Assembly: GCA_045578385.1 (NCBI GenBank)
Contig: JAZNKD010000027.1
Span: 54,560-118,559 of the forward strand
DNA length: 64,000 bases
Reading direction: 5' to 3'
DNA from: Eubacteriales bacterium
GTDB lineage: Bacteria; Bacillota; Clostridia; Oscillospirales; CAG-272
Both the position numbers and the translations under genes were made by a program. The notes below the pieces were generated by a model that was not told the DNA's origin, searched no databases, and saw only the letters and a list, made by a program, of their open reading frames with translations. Below, one piece after another: positions 8,049 through 18,252 of the stretch. How positions within the stretch are numbered: the stretch's first letter is position 1; each line of letters begins with the position of its first letter.

Positions 8049-11000
8049 TTAAGAATTCATTTCGTTATAGTAATCCTCAAGAACGGAAGCCAAAGCCCTG
8101 ACAGGCTCTTCGCCCGGGCGCAGCCTATAAACTATAGGAGCCTTGCCCGAAGCTCCGATTAGCTGTCCTCTGTGCTGCGAAAGCACCATAGACCATACGG
8201 AAAGGTCGGGCTTATCCATATAGAAAAGTATCTGCTGACCTTTAAGCTCAATTCTCGGTATTCTCGCCCTTTCCGCGATAGCTCGGCACATCGCCACAAG
8301 AAGCAAGCGGTTAACCGGCTTAGGCAATTCCCCGAATCTGTCGGTAAGCTCGTCAAGCACGTCGGATTTGTCCTGCGGCGAGCGTATAAGAGAGATTTTC
8401 TTATATATTTCCATTCGAATAGCGCTTGACGTAATATAATACTCGGGAATGTGAGCGTCAATTTTGAAGTCTATCGTGGACTCAAACAGTGCAGGCGCGG
8501 CAATTCCCTTTTCTTCCAGCACCGCTTCGTTAAGAAGCTTTACGTAAAGGTCGTAGCCGACGCTATCTATATACCCGTGCTGCTCTGCGCCCAGCAGATT
8601 GCCCGCGCCGCGTATTTCAAGGTCGCGCAGCGCCACCTTAAAGCCTGCGCCGAATTCGGCATATTCCTTTATTGCAGAGAGACGCTTTTTGGCAATATCC
8701 GTAAGCGCCTTGCCCGGTCGGTAGGTGAAGTACGCGTACGCCTGACGCTCGCTTCTTCCGACTCTGCCACGTATCTGATGAAGCTGAGAAAGACCCATTC
8801 TGTCGGCATTTTCAATAACGAGAGTATTTGCCATAGGTAAATCAACTCCCGTTTCTATAATAGTCGTGCAAACGAGCACGTCTATTTCTCCCGAAACAAG
8901 CGTCTGCCATATATCCTCAAGCTCATCCTTATCCATTCTTCCGTGCGCGTAAGCAACTCTCGCCTCGGGAACTGCCTTCATTATCTTATCCGCTACGAAA
9001 TCTATGGTCTCAATATTGTTGAAGAGGTAAAGCACCTGGCCGCCTCTCGCTATCTCTCGCCGTATTGCTTCGGCTATAACCACCTCGTCGTGCTCAAGGA
9101 CGTACGTCTGCACGGGACGTCGGTTTTCGGGCGCTTCATCAAGCACTGACATATCACTGATACCGTTGATAGCCATATTGAGAGTTCTCGGTATAGGAGT
9201 AGCACTTAGCGTTAAAACGTCAATATTTGTTGACATTTCTTTGAGCTTTTCTTTTTGAGATACACCAAATCTCTGCTCCTCATCGACTATAAGAAGCCCT
9301 AAGTCTCGGAACTCTATATTCTTTCCGAGAAGCTTATGCGTGCCTATTATTATATCTATCTTTCCCGCCTTAAGGTCGGAAATTATCTTTGACTGCTGAC
9401 GGGGAGTTTTAAAGCGCGAGAGCATCTCCACGGTGACGGGATAGCCCCTCATACGCGAGAGAGCAGTGCCGTAATGCTGCAAAGCCAGAATGGTGGTCGG
9501 AACGAGGATAGCTACCTGCTTTCCGCCCATTATAGCTTTAAATGCGGCTCTGAGAGCAACCTCGGTTTTTCCGAATCCTACGTCTCCGCAAAGCAATCTG
9601 TTCATAGGCGACGGCTTCATCATATCCGACTTTATTTCTCTTATTGCCTCTATCTGAGACTCGGTTTCCGCAAACTCGAAATCGGCGGCAAACTCGTCCT
9701 CAAGCTCACTGTCCTCAGGGAATGAGAAGCCCGGAAGCCTCTGCCTTTCGGCATATAGCTTTATGAGCTTTGCGGCAATATCCTTTACCGCAGATTTAGC
9801 ACGGCTCTTGGTCTTATGCCATTCCGTACCTCCCATTTTCGAAAGCTTAACCGTTCCGTCCTGCTCTCTTGCGCCTATATATTTGCCTATCATCTCCAGC
9901 CTGTCACACGGAACGAAAAGCTTATCCGTGCCGGCATATCTTATTGTAATATAGTCCCGCGTAACACCGTCGATGCGTACGCTCTGCATCCCCTCGAAAA
10001 GACCTATACCGTAATTTGCGTGAACGACGTAGTCGCCAACCTCAAGCTCGGCGTAGCTCATTATCTTCTGCCCTGCTCCGCCCGATTTTCTAAGCACTCT
10101 CTGCCTGCGCCTTGCAAGCATTATCGCTCTGCCCTCGTCCTCTGCCATAGACAGCACCGCTATTTTAGGCATAATAAGGTCAAATCCCTCAAGCGTTCCG
10201 AGAGTTATCGTAATTCCCGCCGAATCGGGCAGATTTATTTCACTGCCCTCGCTTACCGAAACGGTGTATCCTGACTCGGCCATAAGCTCTTTCGTTGCAG
10301 AAAGGCTCGCTTTGTTTTCACATTCAAGTATAATTCTGTATCCGCCCTTAAGCAAGGCGTCGATATCCTCAAGAAGCATTTTCGGATTTTTACCGTAAGA
10401 CACGCATCTTTTCGTTCTGAAGCCGAAAAGTCCGGCAAGTCTGTCCATACCTGCTCCGCCGGAGAAGCTGTTTATATGAATATTAACCACCGCGGAAAGA
10501 TACTTTTTGTACTCCTCGTAAGGCGCGCAATATCCGATACAGCCCTCGCTTATAAGTCCGTGCGTCAGAAGATTATTTGCGTTATCCGACATCTCTTTAT
10601 AGTAGCGGCGGAGAGCTTCCTCTCCCTCGTTCGTGCCGACGGTCAGTACCGCGGCGCAGCCTGCTGCCGAAAGGTATGACATAAGCGTCTCTCGCTCGGG
10701 ATATATCAGCCCTAAGTATTTATCCCTTGACTCAAGAGAGTGCGAGTTATCCAATGCGGAAAGGTCACGCTTCAGCGCCGCAGCTGCCGTTTCGCTCTCG
10801 GATTTTTTTATAAGCGACTTTACCTCATCGGAAATTTTCTCTCTTATCTCGCCTCTTATCATCACCTCGATAGCGGGTGAGAGCTTAACCTCGGATTTTG
10901 TTTCGACGGCTCTTTGCGTAATAACGTCAAATGAGACTATTCTATCTATTTCGTCACCGAAAAACTCAACACGGATAGGCTCGTCGTCAGAGCTTACGAA

Positions 11001-11570
11001 GAAATCAACGATACCGCCGCGCCTTGCGAACTGCCCGGGCGCTTCCACCGTATCGCACCTTACGAAGCCGAGCGTCAGAAGCCTTTCGGTCAATTCCTCG
11101 GGCGATATTTCAACGCCGAGCGTAAGCGTCGTCACAAGGTTTTCAAAAAGGGATTTCGGCGCTGTTACGGATACGAGCGCAGAAGGCGTAGTTACTACCG
11201 CTTCGGCATTTCCGAGAAGAAGCGCCAGAAGCACCGAAAGCCTCTCACGCTCATTGTCGTGGGAGGCTGAAATATTATGGAAAACGAGCTCGCGCGAGAG
11301 GTAGGTTTCTGCGCGTATACCCGAGGAAGTAAGGAGCGTGTGTATCTTATCTCTTTCTCCGTCCGAAGATACGACTATCAGTACGGGGGCTTTTGTTTTT
11401 TCGTAAATCCTGCGTACAGCTTCCGCTATATAAGCGTAGTGCGCTCCGCCCGAGAGTCCGTTAACCGCTATCGGCAGCTTTTCTTCCTGCGAAAGCACCG
11501 AGAATACGGTATCGAGAGAGGCGGAAAACTCCTTATCCTTTTCGATGAGCGACGTAATTCTCTTCATCAA
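8049..11570 (-). CDS. mfd: transcription-repair coupling factor
   Basis: CarD-like domain (GDYVVHANYGIG), GDVGFGKT, DEEQRFG, SATPIPRT, QIRGRVGRS, TRCF C-terminus. Confidence 0.97.
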   Translation of the reverse strand: MMKRITSLIEKDKEFSASLDTVFSVLSQEEKLPIAVNGLSGGAHYAYIAEAVRRIYEKTKAPVLIVVSSDGERDKIHTLLTSSGIRAETYLSRELVFHNISASHDNERERLSVLLALLLGNAEAVVTTPSALVSVTAPKSLFENLVTTLTLGVEISPEELTERLLTLGFVRCDTVEAPGQFARRGGIVDFFVSSDDEPIRVEFFGDEIDRIVSFDVITQRAVETKSEVKLSPAIEVMIRGEIREKISDEVKSLIKKSESETAAAALKRDLSALDNSHSLESRDKYLGLIYPERETLMSYLSAAGCAAVLTVGTNEGEEALRRYYKEMSDNANNLLTHGLISEGCIGYCAPYEEYKKYLSAVVNIHINSFSGGAGMDRLAGLFGFRTKRCVSYGKNPKMLLEDIDALLKGGYRIILECENKASLSATKELMAESGYTVSVSEGSEINLPDSAGITITLGTLEGFDLIMPKIAVLSMAEDEGRAIMLARRRQRVLRKSGGAGQKIMSYAELEVGDYVVHANYGIGLFEGMQSVRIDGVTRDYITIRYAGTDKLFVPCDRLEMIGKYIGAREQDGTVKLSKMGGTEWHKTKSRAKSAVKDIAAKLIKLYAERQRLPGFSFPEDSELEDEFAADFEFAETESQIEAIREIKSDMMKPSPMNRLLCGDVGFGKTEVALRAAFKAIMGGKQVAILVPTTILALQHYGTALSRMRGYPVTVEMLSRFKTPRQQSKIISDLKAGKIDIIIGTHKLLGKNIEFRDLGLLIVDEEQRFGVSQKEKLKEMSTNIDVLTLSATPIPRTLNMAINGISDMSVLDEAPENRRPVQTYVLEHDEVVIAEAIRREIARGGQVLYLFNNIETIDFVADKIMKAVPEARVAYAHGRMDKDELEDIWQTLVSGEIDVLVCTTIIETGVDLPMANTLVIENADRMGLSQLHQIRGRVGRSERQAYAYFTYRPGKALTDIAKKRLSAIKEYAEFGAGFKVALRDLEIRGAGNLLGAEQHGYIDSVGYDLYVKLLNEAVLEEKGIAAPALFESTIDFKIDAHIPEYYITSSAIRMEIYKKISLIRSPQDKSDVLDELTDRFGELPKPVNRLLLVAMCRAIAERARIPRIELKGQQILFYMDKPDLSVWSMVLSQHRGQLIGASGKAPIVYRLRPGEEPVRALASVLEDYYNEMNS

Positions 11571-11578
11571 AAAAACCT

Positions 11579-12202
11579 TTATTTAGAGTATTTGTTCATT
11601 GCTTCTTCGATTTTCCCCGTGAGCATAAGCTCGACCGAGGAAATTATATCTGAATTTTTATCCTTAAGCTTATCAAGGTCGTCCTTTGAGAATTTACCGA
11701 GAACGAAATCGACGAGGTCGTAGTCGGGCGAGGGCTTTTTGCCGACGCCTATTTTTATTCTCGGAAATGCGTCCGAGCCGACGTGAGCTATAATACTTTT
11801 AAGACCGTTATGCCCGCCTGCCGAGCCCTTGCGCCTTATTCTCATTGCGCCGACGTCGAAGCTTATCTCGTCGTGAAGCACGATGACGTTTTCAGGCGGT
11901 ATTTTATAAAAGGCTGCGGCCTCGGAAATAGCTACGCCCGAATTATTCATATAAGTCGTCGGCTTCATCAAAAGAACGCGCACGCCCGCTATATTTGCTT
12001 CGGCTACAAGCGCGTGAAACTTAACACGGTCAGCTCTTACGGAATATTTTTCCGCAATAGCGTCAAGCGCCATAAAGCCCGCGTTATGCCTGGTTTTCTC
12101 GTATTCCGCGCCTATATTTCCAAGTCCTGCGACAATATGCGTTATAGGAAGACTCGGCTCTTTTTTCTCTATTTTCTTAAAAAGGTCGAATATATTTGAC
12201 AT
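11579..12202 (-). CDS. pth: peptidyl-tRNA hydrolase
   Basis: GLGN..Y..TRHNAGF, KPTTYMNNSG, GGHNGLKS. Confidence 0.96.
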   Translation of the reverse strand: MSNIFDLFKKIEKKEPSLPITHIVAGLGNIGAEYEKTRHNAGFMALDAIAEKYSVRADRVKFHALVAEANIAGVRVLLMKPTTYMNNSGVAISEAAAFYKIPPENVIVLHDEISFDVGAMRIRRKGSAGGHNGLKSIIAHVGSDAFPRIKIGVGKKPSPDYDLVDFVLGKFSKDDLDKLKDKNSDIISSVELMLTGKIEEAMNKYSK

Positions 12203-12835
12203 TTATTCTGCGTCCTCGCGTTTTACGAGAATAAGCTCCTTTGCGTAAGGAAGCTTCTCTATCGCCTCGCAGAGCGTATGCCACTCGGCGAGCTTATGAT
12301 GTCTTCTTGCATAATAAATATTTATAAGCACCTCGTAATTAAAGGTAACTGTTCTGAGCTGATTAAAGGACGACGGAAGCAGCTGAATCATATTGTGCCA
12401 CGCAGATTTATCCTTAGTCTCATTGAATCTTATTCTCTCGCCCTCAAGATATACTATAAGCGCATCAAGCACGGAAAGCGCGTCTGCCGTCATTCTGTCA
12501 CAGGAGAAGTCATCTCTTTCAAACTCCTTAGCTTGAATTTTATGCATAGTCGAGGTGGAATTGGCAACCGTTCCAACCTTATAGGTATCAAATTCCTTCC
12601 ACCAATAAAGAGGCGCGGTTATGTCCATAGAAACCATTATCTGACGCAGAAATTTTCTGTGGTCGCTTCCCGCAACGGCAAGACGGCGCGCAAGACCGAG
12701 GTCGTTTTCACCGAGAACGAAGTTACCGTTCTTATCATAGAAGCTATCCATTCTCGCCCAACTGTTCATAGGGTTTCTTGCGCCCCTTATGGCGTTTTCC
12801 ATATTCATTACCGAAATTTTATCAACCTTAAGCAT
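12203..12835 (-). CDS. ThyX-fold (flavin-dependent thymidylate synthase-like) protein, non-canonical motif
   Basis: ATG 12835 after GGAGG; GSDHRKFLRQ, ITAPLYWWKEFDTYKVGT..NSTSTMH, LLPSSFNQLRT..NYE.L..IY..RR.HKL.EW follow the ThyX scaffold. Confidence 0.6.
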   Translation of the reverse strand: MLKVDKISVMNMENAIRGARNPMNSWARMDSFYDKNGNFVLGENDLGLARRLAVAGSDHRKFLRQIMVSMDITAPLYWWKEFDTYKVGTVANSTSTMHKIQAKEFERDDFSCDRMTADALSVLDALIVYLEGERIRFNETKDKSAWHNMIQLLPSSFNQLRTVTFNYEVLINIYYARRHHKLAEWHTLCEAIEKLPYAKELILVKREDAE

Positions 12836-13032
12836 CTTTTCCTCCGTAAACCTTAACGGCAAAAGCAAATTTTAAATATATATTATCATATTTTAAAAGC
12901 AAAGTCAACACAGCACCGTATAAAAATTTCCGAAGTTAAATCGCTAAAAATCATTTTCGGAAATACGCATATCGACTATAAGCGTCATATAATCTCATCA
13001 GGCGATAATTTCTGAATATTTTTATTTGATGC

Positions 13033-13061
13033 TTGACAGAATAAAAAATTAGTGATATAAT
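13033..13061 (+). promoter_or_regulatory. sigma-A promoter of thrS leader
   Basis: TTGACA-17-TATAAT with extended TG. Confidence 0.8.
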
Positions 13062-13072
13062 TCTAGCTGATA

Positions 13073-13305
13073 AAGGCGTTTGACGGAAAGAGTAGCCTAT
13101 GCGAAAGGTATCAGAGAGAGGGCGGTAGCTGAAAGCCCTTACCGAGTATCAGGGTGAAGACCACTCCCGAGCCGCAGGCGGTAGCAAGCCTCGCCGTATC
13201 CTCGCGTTAAGAGGCGGATACTTTTATCCATAAGTTAAAAATCAAGGTGGAACCGTGTTTTATGCACCCTTGGCAGCCGTTGCAGGCTACCCGGGGATTT
13301 TTTTA
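13073..13305 (+). promoter_or_regulatory. T-box riboswitch (Thr)
   Basis: Stem I AG box (AGAGAG) and GCTG; probable specifier ACC at 13160-13162; T-box AAGGTGGAACCGTG 13244-13257; terminator hairpin plus T-run; upstream of thrS. Confidence 0.9.
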
Positions 13306-13342
13306 TTTTAATTTATAAATAAATTTGTCAGGAGATACAAAA

Positions 13343-15106
13343 ATGAAAGTAATTTTCGCAAACGGAACGGTTGGCGAGTGCGCTCCCGAGGAAGAGCTCC
13401 ATATACTCCGTCACACTGCGGCACACATTATGGCGCAGGCCATAAAAAGACTCTGGCCCGAGGCTGACTTCGCTTACGGACCTGCAAACGAAAAGGGCTT
13501 CTACTACGACGTAGACCTCGGAGACAAGACTCTGACCGAGGAGGACCTCCCAAAAATCGAAGCGGAGATGAAGAAAATCTGCAAGGAAAATCTTCCCATA
13601 AAGCCCTCAATTCTTCCGCGAGAGGAAGCTATTGCGCTTATGGAATCGCGCGGTGAGAAATACAAGGTTGAGCATATCGGAGACCTCGCTCCCGACTCAG
13701 AGATAAGCTTCTATACTCAAGGTGAGTACGTAGATATGTGTACCGGCCCTCACCTCACGTACACCAAGGCGCTTAAAGCGTTTAAGCTTACCGGCGTTTC
13801 GGGCGCATACTGGAAGAACGATAAAAATAACAAGATGCTTACAAGAGTTAAGGGCACGGCGTTCAAGACCCAGCAGGAGCTTGACGACTATCTCAAGCTT
13901 CTCGAGGAAGCAGAAAAGCGCGACCACCGCAAGATAGGTAAGGAAATGGGACTATTTATGTTCCGTGACGAAGCTCCCGGCTTCCCCTTCTTCCTTCCCA
14001 AAGGTATGCTTCTTAAAAACGCTCTTATCGACTATTGGCGCGAAATACACACAAGAGAAAATTACGTTGAGGTTTCAACTCCGCTTATTATGAACCGTCA
14101 GCTCTGGGAAACCAGTGGACACTGGGATCACTATAAGGACAATATGTACTCCACCGAGATTGATGAGGAGACCTATTGCGTTAAGCCTATGAACTGCCCC
14201 GGCGGAGTTCTCGTTTACCGCAATCAGCCTCACAGCTACCGCGAGCTTCCTATGAGAGTCGGCGAGCTTGGTCTCGTTCACCGCCACGAGCTTAAGGGCG
14301 CGCTTCACGGGCTTTTCAGAGTTCGTTGCTTCACTCAGGACGATGCTCACGTATTTATGCGCCGCGAGCAGATAACCGATGAAATTATAGCAGTCGTTGA
14401 CCTTATCAACGAGGTTTACACAAAGTTCGGCTTCAAATACACGGTTGAGCTTTCCACAAGACCCGAGAACAGTATGGGCAGCGACGAGGATTGGGAGGCA
14501 GCAACGAACGGTCTGCGCGCAGCTCTTGACAAGCTCGGTCTTCCCTACATCATCAACGAGGGTGACGGCGCGTTCTACGGTCCTAAGATTGACTTCCACC
14601 TTGAAGATACTCTGGGAAGAACCTGGCAATGCGGTACTATCCAGCTTGACTTCCAGCTCCCTCAGAACTTCGAGCTTGAGTACACCGACGAGAACAACGA
14701 GAAACAGAGACCTATTATGATACACAGAGTTTGCTACGGCTCTATCGAGCGTTTTATCGGTATTCTTACCGAGCATTTCGCAGGTAAGTTCCCGCTTTGG
14801 CTCGCTCCCACTCAGGCAAAGGTTCTTCTCGTTTCCGAAAAGGCGTCCGAGCACGGTCACAAGGTTTACGATGCTCTCCGCGCCGCAAAAATCAGAGTTG
14901 AGCTTGACGAGAGAAACGAAAAAATCGGCTATATGATACGTGAAGCTCAGGTTGTCGGCAGAGTTCCTTATATGGTTATTATCGGTCAGCAGGAAGCTGA
15001 AAACGGCACGGTTTCGGTTCGTAACCGCGATACTGCTGAGACCACAACGATGACGCTTGACGAGTTTATCGAAAAGATAACACGCGAAAACAGAGACAGG
15101 GTTTAA
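13343..15106 (+). CDS. thrS: threonine--tRNA ligase (lacks N-terminal TGS domain)
   Basis: LRHTAAH, DMCTGPH, RDHRKIG, KPMNCP, FYGPKID, IHRVCYGSIERF; AGGAG RBS before ATG 13343. Confidence 0.97.
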   Translation: MKVIFANGTVGECAPEEELHILRHTAAHIMAQAIKRLWPEADFAYGPANEKGFYYDVDLGDKTLTEEDLPKIEAEMKKICKENLPIKPSILPREEAIALMESRGEKYKVEHIGDLAPDSEISFYTQGEYVDMCTGPHLTYTKALKAFKLTGVSGAYWKNDKNNKMLTRVKGTAFKTQQELDDYLKLLEEAEKRDHRKIGKEMGLFMFRDEAPGFPFFLPKGMLLKNALIDYWREIHTRENYVEVSTPLIMNRQLWETSGHWDHYKDNMYSTEIDEETYCVKPMNCPGGVLVYRNQPHSYRELPMRVGELGLVHRHELKGALHGLFRVRCFTQDDAHVFMRREQITDEIIAVVDLINEVYTKFGFKYTVELSTRPENSMGSDEDWEAATNGLRAALDKLGLPYIINEGDGAFYGPKIDFHLEDTLGRTWQCGTIQLDFQLPQNFELEYTDENNEKQRPIMIHRVCYGSIERFIGILTEHFAGKFPLWLAPTQAKVLLVSEKASEHGHKVYDALRAAKIRVELDERNEKIGYMIREAQVVGRVPYMVIIGQQEAENGTVSVRNRDTAETTTMTLDEFIEKITRENRDRV

Positions 15107-15396
15107 TCGTAATATTCGCAAAACACCACACGGGTACGTATATGAAAAGAATAATATGTCTGATTTTATCGCCCGTATCCCGCAGCGACGATGGAATTTA
15201 AAAATGCTCAAAAAAAGCGATGCGGATTTTACGGCAGACTTCGAATTTTATGATAATAATGAACTCGTGATAATAATGAACTCGCTGACTAGACATTGTC
15301 CGGCAGAAATGCGTTTTTTCCCGATAATTACGGATACAATTCGGGAATTTACTAATAAATGAAAACAATTATTGTCATTTAACCCCTATAAACAAA

Positions 15397-15441
15397 AAAA
15401 AAGAGAACGAATCGGTTGTATTACGAAGCGTTCTCTTTTTT
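15397..15441. terminator. bidirectional terminator
   Basis: AAAAAAGAGAACG...CGTTCTCTTTTTT between convergent genes. Confidence 0.6.
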
Positions 15442-15524
15442 ATATCAATAAAGGTTTCAGTGCCGCGAAATCCAATTTCCCAAGCAGTAAATTGAGTGTT
15501 ATATTGCTGAAGCTTATTAAAGCA

Positions 15525-16745
15525 TCAGTCAATATCAAGTCCCGTGTCTATCGGGTAATATTTCGCAAGTCCGCCCGACGACGTCTCTCTGTATCCGAGA
15601 GGAAGGTCGCAGCCGGTATTATACATAGTTTTGACTATAAGGTCAAATGTTATCTTTCTTGAGTCTGAAAGGAAGTTTGCAAGCGAGAGAGCGTTTATTG
15701 CACGCATTGCCGCAACGGCGTTTCTCTCAATGCAGGGTATCTGAACGAGACCGCATATGGGGTCGCAGGTGAGACCGAGATGATGCTCCATTGCAACCTC
15801 TGCGGCGTATTCTATCTGACCGAGTCCCATACCGAAAAGCTCTCCGAGCGCCGCGGCAGCCATAGAGCAAGCCGAGCCTATCTCCGCCTGGCATCCGCAC
15901 TCAGCGCCGCTTATAGATGCATTCGTTCTGATTATATTTCCTATAAGCGCAGCAGTTGCAAGAGCATTGAATATCTGCCTGTCCGTGAAGCCCCTTGAAT
16001 CCTGCATATATTTCAAAACAGACGGCAAAACTCCACACGAGCCGCAGGTAGGCGCGGTTACAATAGTGCCGCCCGACGCATTTTGCTCGCTCACCGCAAA
16101 GGCGTATGCAGATACGAGTCTGTTCTCTCTTGTTTGCGCGGACTCGTCGATATGATTCTTTTCAAAAAGGCTTCTTGCTTTTCTTTTTGTGCCGAGTCCT
16201 CCGGGAAGAGTTCCTACCGTTGACAGACCCTCGTGAATAGAATTTTTCATATTATCCCAAACCTCGTCAAGATAATCGTATATATCATCTCCCTCGTGCT
16301 CTAAAACGTACTCATAAAGACGTATATTCTTAGTTTTGCAATAATCTGCAATTTCGCTGTAAGCAGAATGCGGATAAACGTCGGGAGCCGCCGCAGCTCG
16401 CCCCTCCCCCTCTATCTCAATCGAGCCGCCACCGATGCTGTAAAACTTCAAGGTATAAGTATCATCCCCTACCGTTGCCGTAATATCCATAGTATTCGGA
16501 TGCACGGGCGTTGAGGTTTTCTCATCGATGATTATTTCACACGGTACGGGAGCTAAGGTCTCTTTTACTATTTTATCCGTTCCGTGACCTATACCCGTCA
16601 AAGCGAGCGAGCCATAGAGAGTTACCGAAAATTTTTCGGCGTTGGGATACCTCTCTTTCATAATTTTGCAAGCGCGCTCCGGTCCCATCGTGTGAGATGA
16701 GGACGGTCCTCTTCCTATTTTATAAAGAGTTCTGATTGATTCCAT
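15525..16745 (-). CDS. sdaA: L-serine dehydratase, Fe-S, single chain
   Basis: GRGPSSSHTMGP, LYGSLALTG.GHGTD, TAPTCG, SGAECGCQAEIG, LGLTCDP, PCIERN. Confidence 0.93.
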   Translation of the reverse strand: MESIRTLYKIGRGPSSSHTMGPERACKIMKERYPNAEKFSVTLYGSLALTGIGHGTDKIVKETLAPVPCEIIIDEKTSTPVHPNTMDITATVGDDTYTLKFYSIGGGSIEIEGEGRAAAAPDVYPHSAYSEIADYCKTKNIRLYEYVLEHEGDDIYDYLDEVWDNMKNSIHEGLSTVGTLPGGLGTKRKARSLFEKNHIDESAQTRENRLVSAYAFAVSEQNASGGTIVTAPTCGSCGVLPSVLKYMQDSRGFTDRQIFNALATAALIGNIIRTNASISGAECGCQAEIGSACSMAAAALGELFGMGLGQIEYAAEVAMEHHLGLTCDPICGLVQIPCIERNAVAAMRAINALSLANFLSDSRKITFDLIVKTMYNTGCDLPLGYRETSSGGLAKYYPIDTGLDID

Positions 16746-17000
16746 ATTTTTTCCTTTTCCTGTTTTTACTTCAAAAGCTGCCTTCGGTTATAAGTTAACT
16801 CTCTCAAGCTTTTTTAAGTATCGGAGTAATTAAAATTGTGTTTTGAAAAAGCAGAATCAGATTTCTATCAATCCTTAGACATCTTCCGATAAATACTTGG
16901 GGCAACGCCTGAACCTACGCTTTCCATATTGCTCGTATCTGCATTTTCTTGAATACATTTTGCATTGTTTTCGGCGTTTATATGTATCACTTACCGCTAT

Positions 17001-17846
17001 CTACCGTTTAGACTCTGTTTGAATAATTTCACACCTTGAATTTTTATTATCAAGTATTATTTCTTCCGCATAAGGAAGCTTAATAAATCCGCTTTTAGGA
17101 TTCTTGATACTGATTACGGGGGTTATAACTGTCGCTTCCACGTCAGAATTTTCAAAGCTTAAATCCGCCTCAAGCATCTCGCAATTAATAAGCTTTAGTC
17201 CGCGGCAGTAGCAGAAAGGCTGCGTTCCCAATATTTTGCAATTTTCAAAGGTAATGTTTTCGGCATACCAGGCAAGATATTCGCCTTTTACCGTTGAATT
17301 TCTTACGGTTACGTTTTTCGCGTGCCAAAAAGCGTCCTTTGTATTAAACGTGCAATTTTCGAATACGGAGTCTGTTATATACTGAAATGAATACTTGCCT
17401 AAAAGCTCCACGCGTTCAAAGTCAAGTCTTGACGAGCGCATCATAAAGTATTCCCCCTCAGCGCTGGTATCTGAGATTTTTATATTATCTACCGACCAGC
17501 CGAATTCTGCCGAAATAACAGAGCTATTCTTTATTTTCACGTCAGAGCATTCCCTTAACGCCTTTATTCCGTGAAGCTTTGAATTCTCAATGCTTATAGC
17601 TTTCGAATACCATAGTGCCGCGCGGCATTTTTCGTTAAGCTCCGTTTCTTTTATGTATAGTCCCGTATCGTGCCAGAACGGGTATCTTAAATCCCAGAAG
17701 CAATTTTCAACGGTGACGTTTTTGCTTTCCTTAAGCGCGCTTTCTCCGTCGGCCGCACCCTCAAATCTGCAATTTCTTACGGTTATATCCGAGCTACCGT
17801 ACAAAGCTCTTTCCTCATCAAAAATCTTGTTCTCTACTGTTTTCAT
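17001..17846 (-). CDS. DUF3737-like beta-helix protein
   Basis: ERALY, DGESALKES, LRYPFWH, GKYSFQY, TKDAFWH, GEYLAW, GTQPFCY; probable ATG 17846. Confidence 0.8.
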   Translation of the reverse strand: MKTVENKIFDEERALYGSSDITVRNCRFEGAADGESALKESKNVTVENCFWDLRYPFWHDTGLYIKETELNEKCRAALWYSKAISIENSKLHGIKALRECSDVKIKNSSVISAEFGWSVDNIKISDTSAEGEYFMMRSSRLDFERVELLGKYSFQYITDSVFENCTFNTKDAFWHAKNVTVRNSTVKGEYLAWYAENITFENCKILGTQPFCYCRGLKLINCEMLEADLSFENSDVEATVITPVISIKNPKSGFIKLPYAEEIILDNKNSRCEIIQTESKR

Positions 17847-18089
17847 CGGTTTTCCTAAAAAATTATTTTTCTTATCTCTCACCAAGCGTTATTTCCGTGC
17901 CGTTAAATATTTCTCTGCCGTACATAACAGGTCACTTTATTATAATGCCGTTTGAGAAAGTAAAATTGCAAAGTATGTGATTTTTGCCCTATGCGATATT
18001 TACCGAGAACTATTCTACCATATTACGAGCTTTTTTTCAACACTTAATTTTATATTTACGCAATGAGCAAATTATTTTTCCAAAAAGTC

Positions 18090-18118
18090 TTGACAAAGCC
18101 CTCTGCCTTTGATATAAT
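18090..18118 (+). promoter_or_regulatory. sigma-A promoter of tRNA-Cys
   Basis: TTGACA-17-TATAAT with extended TG. Confidence 0.85.
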
Positions 18119-18137
18119 ATACAGGCATTAAAAAAAC

Positions 18138-18211
18138 GGTGCCATAGCCAAGTGGTAAGGCAAAGGTCTGCAACACCTCTATCCCCAGTTCAAATCTGGG
18201 TGGCACCTCCA
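18138..18211 (+). tRNA. tRNA-Cys(GCA)
   Basis: GGTGCCA/TGGCACC acceptor stem, GCA anticodon, TTCAAAT T-loop, U73 discriminator, encoded CCA. Confidence 0.95.
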
Positions 18212-18250
18212 AAGAAAACGGTATCCCAATGGGATGCCGTTTTCTTTTCT
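18212..18250 (+). terminator. tRNA terminator hairpin
   Basis: AAGAAAACGGTATCCC-AAT-GGGATGCCGTTTTCTTTT. Confidence 0.7.
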
Positions 18251-18252
18251 TT

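Noticed and set aside
14075..15211. 378-aa antisense ORF over thrS (likewise the antisense ORFs over mfd, nrdD, GH127, pdp and atpD)
   Set aside because: Shadow frames of strongly conserved genes; no RBS or recognisable motifs.
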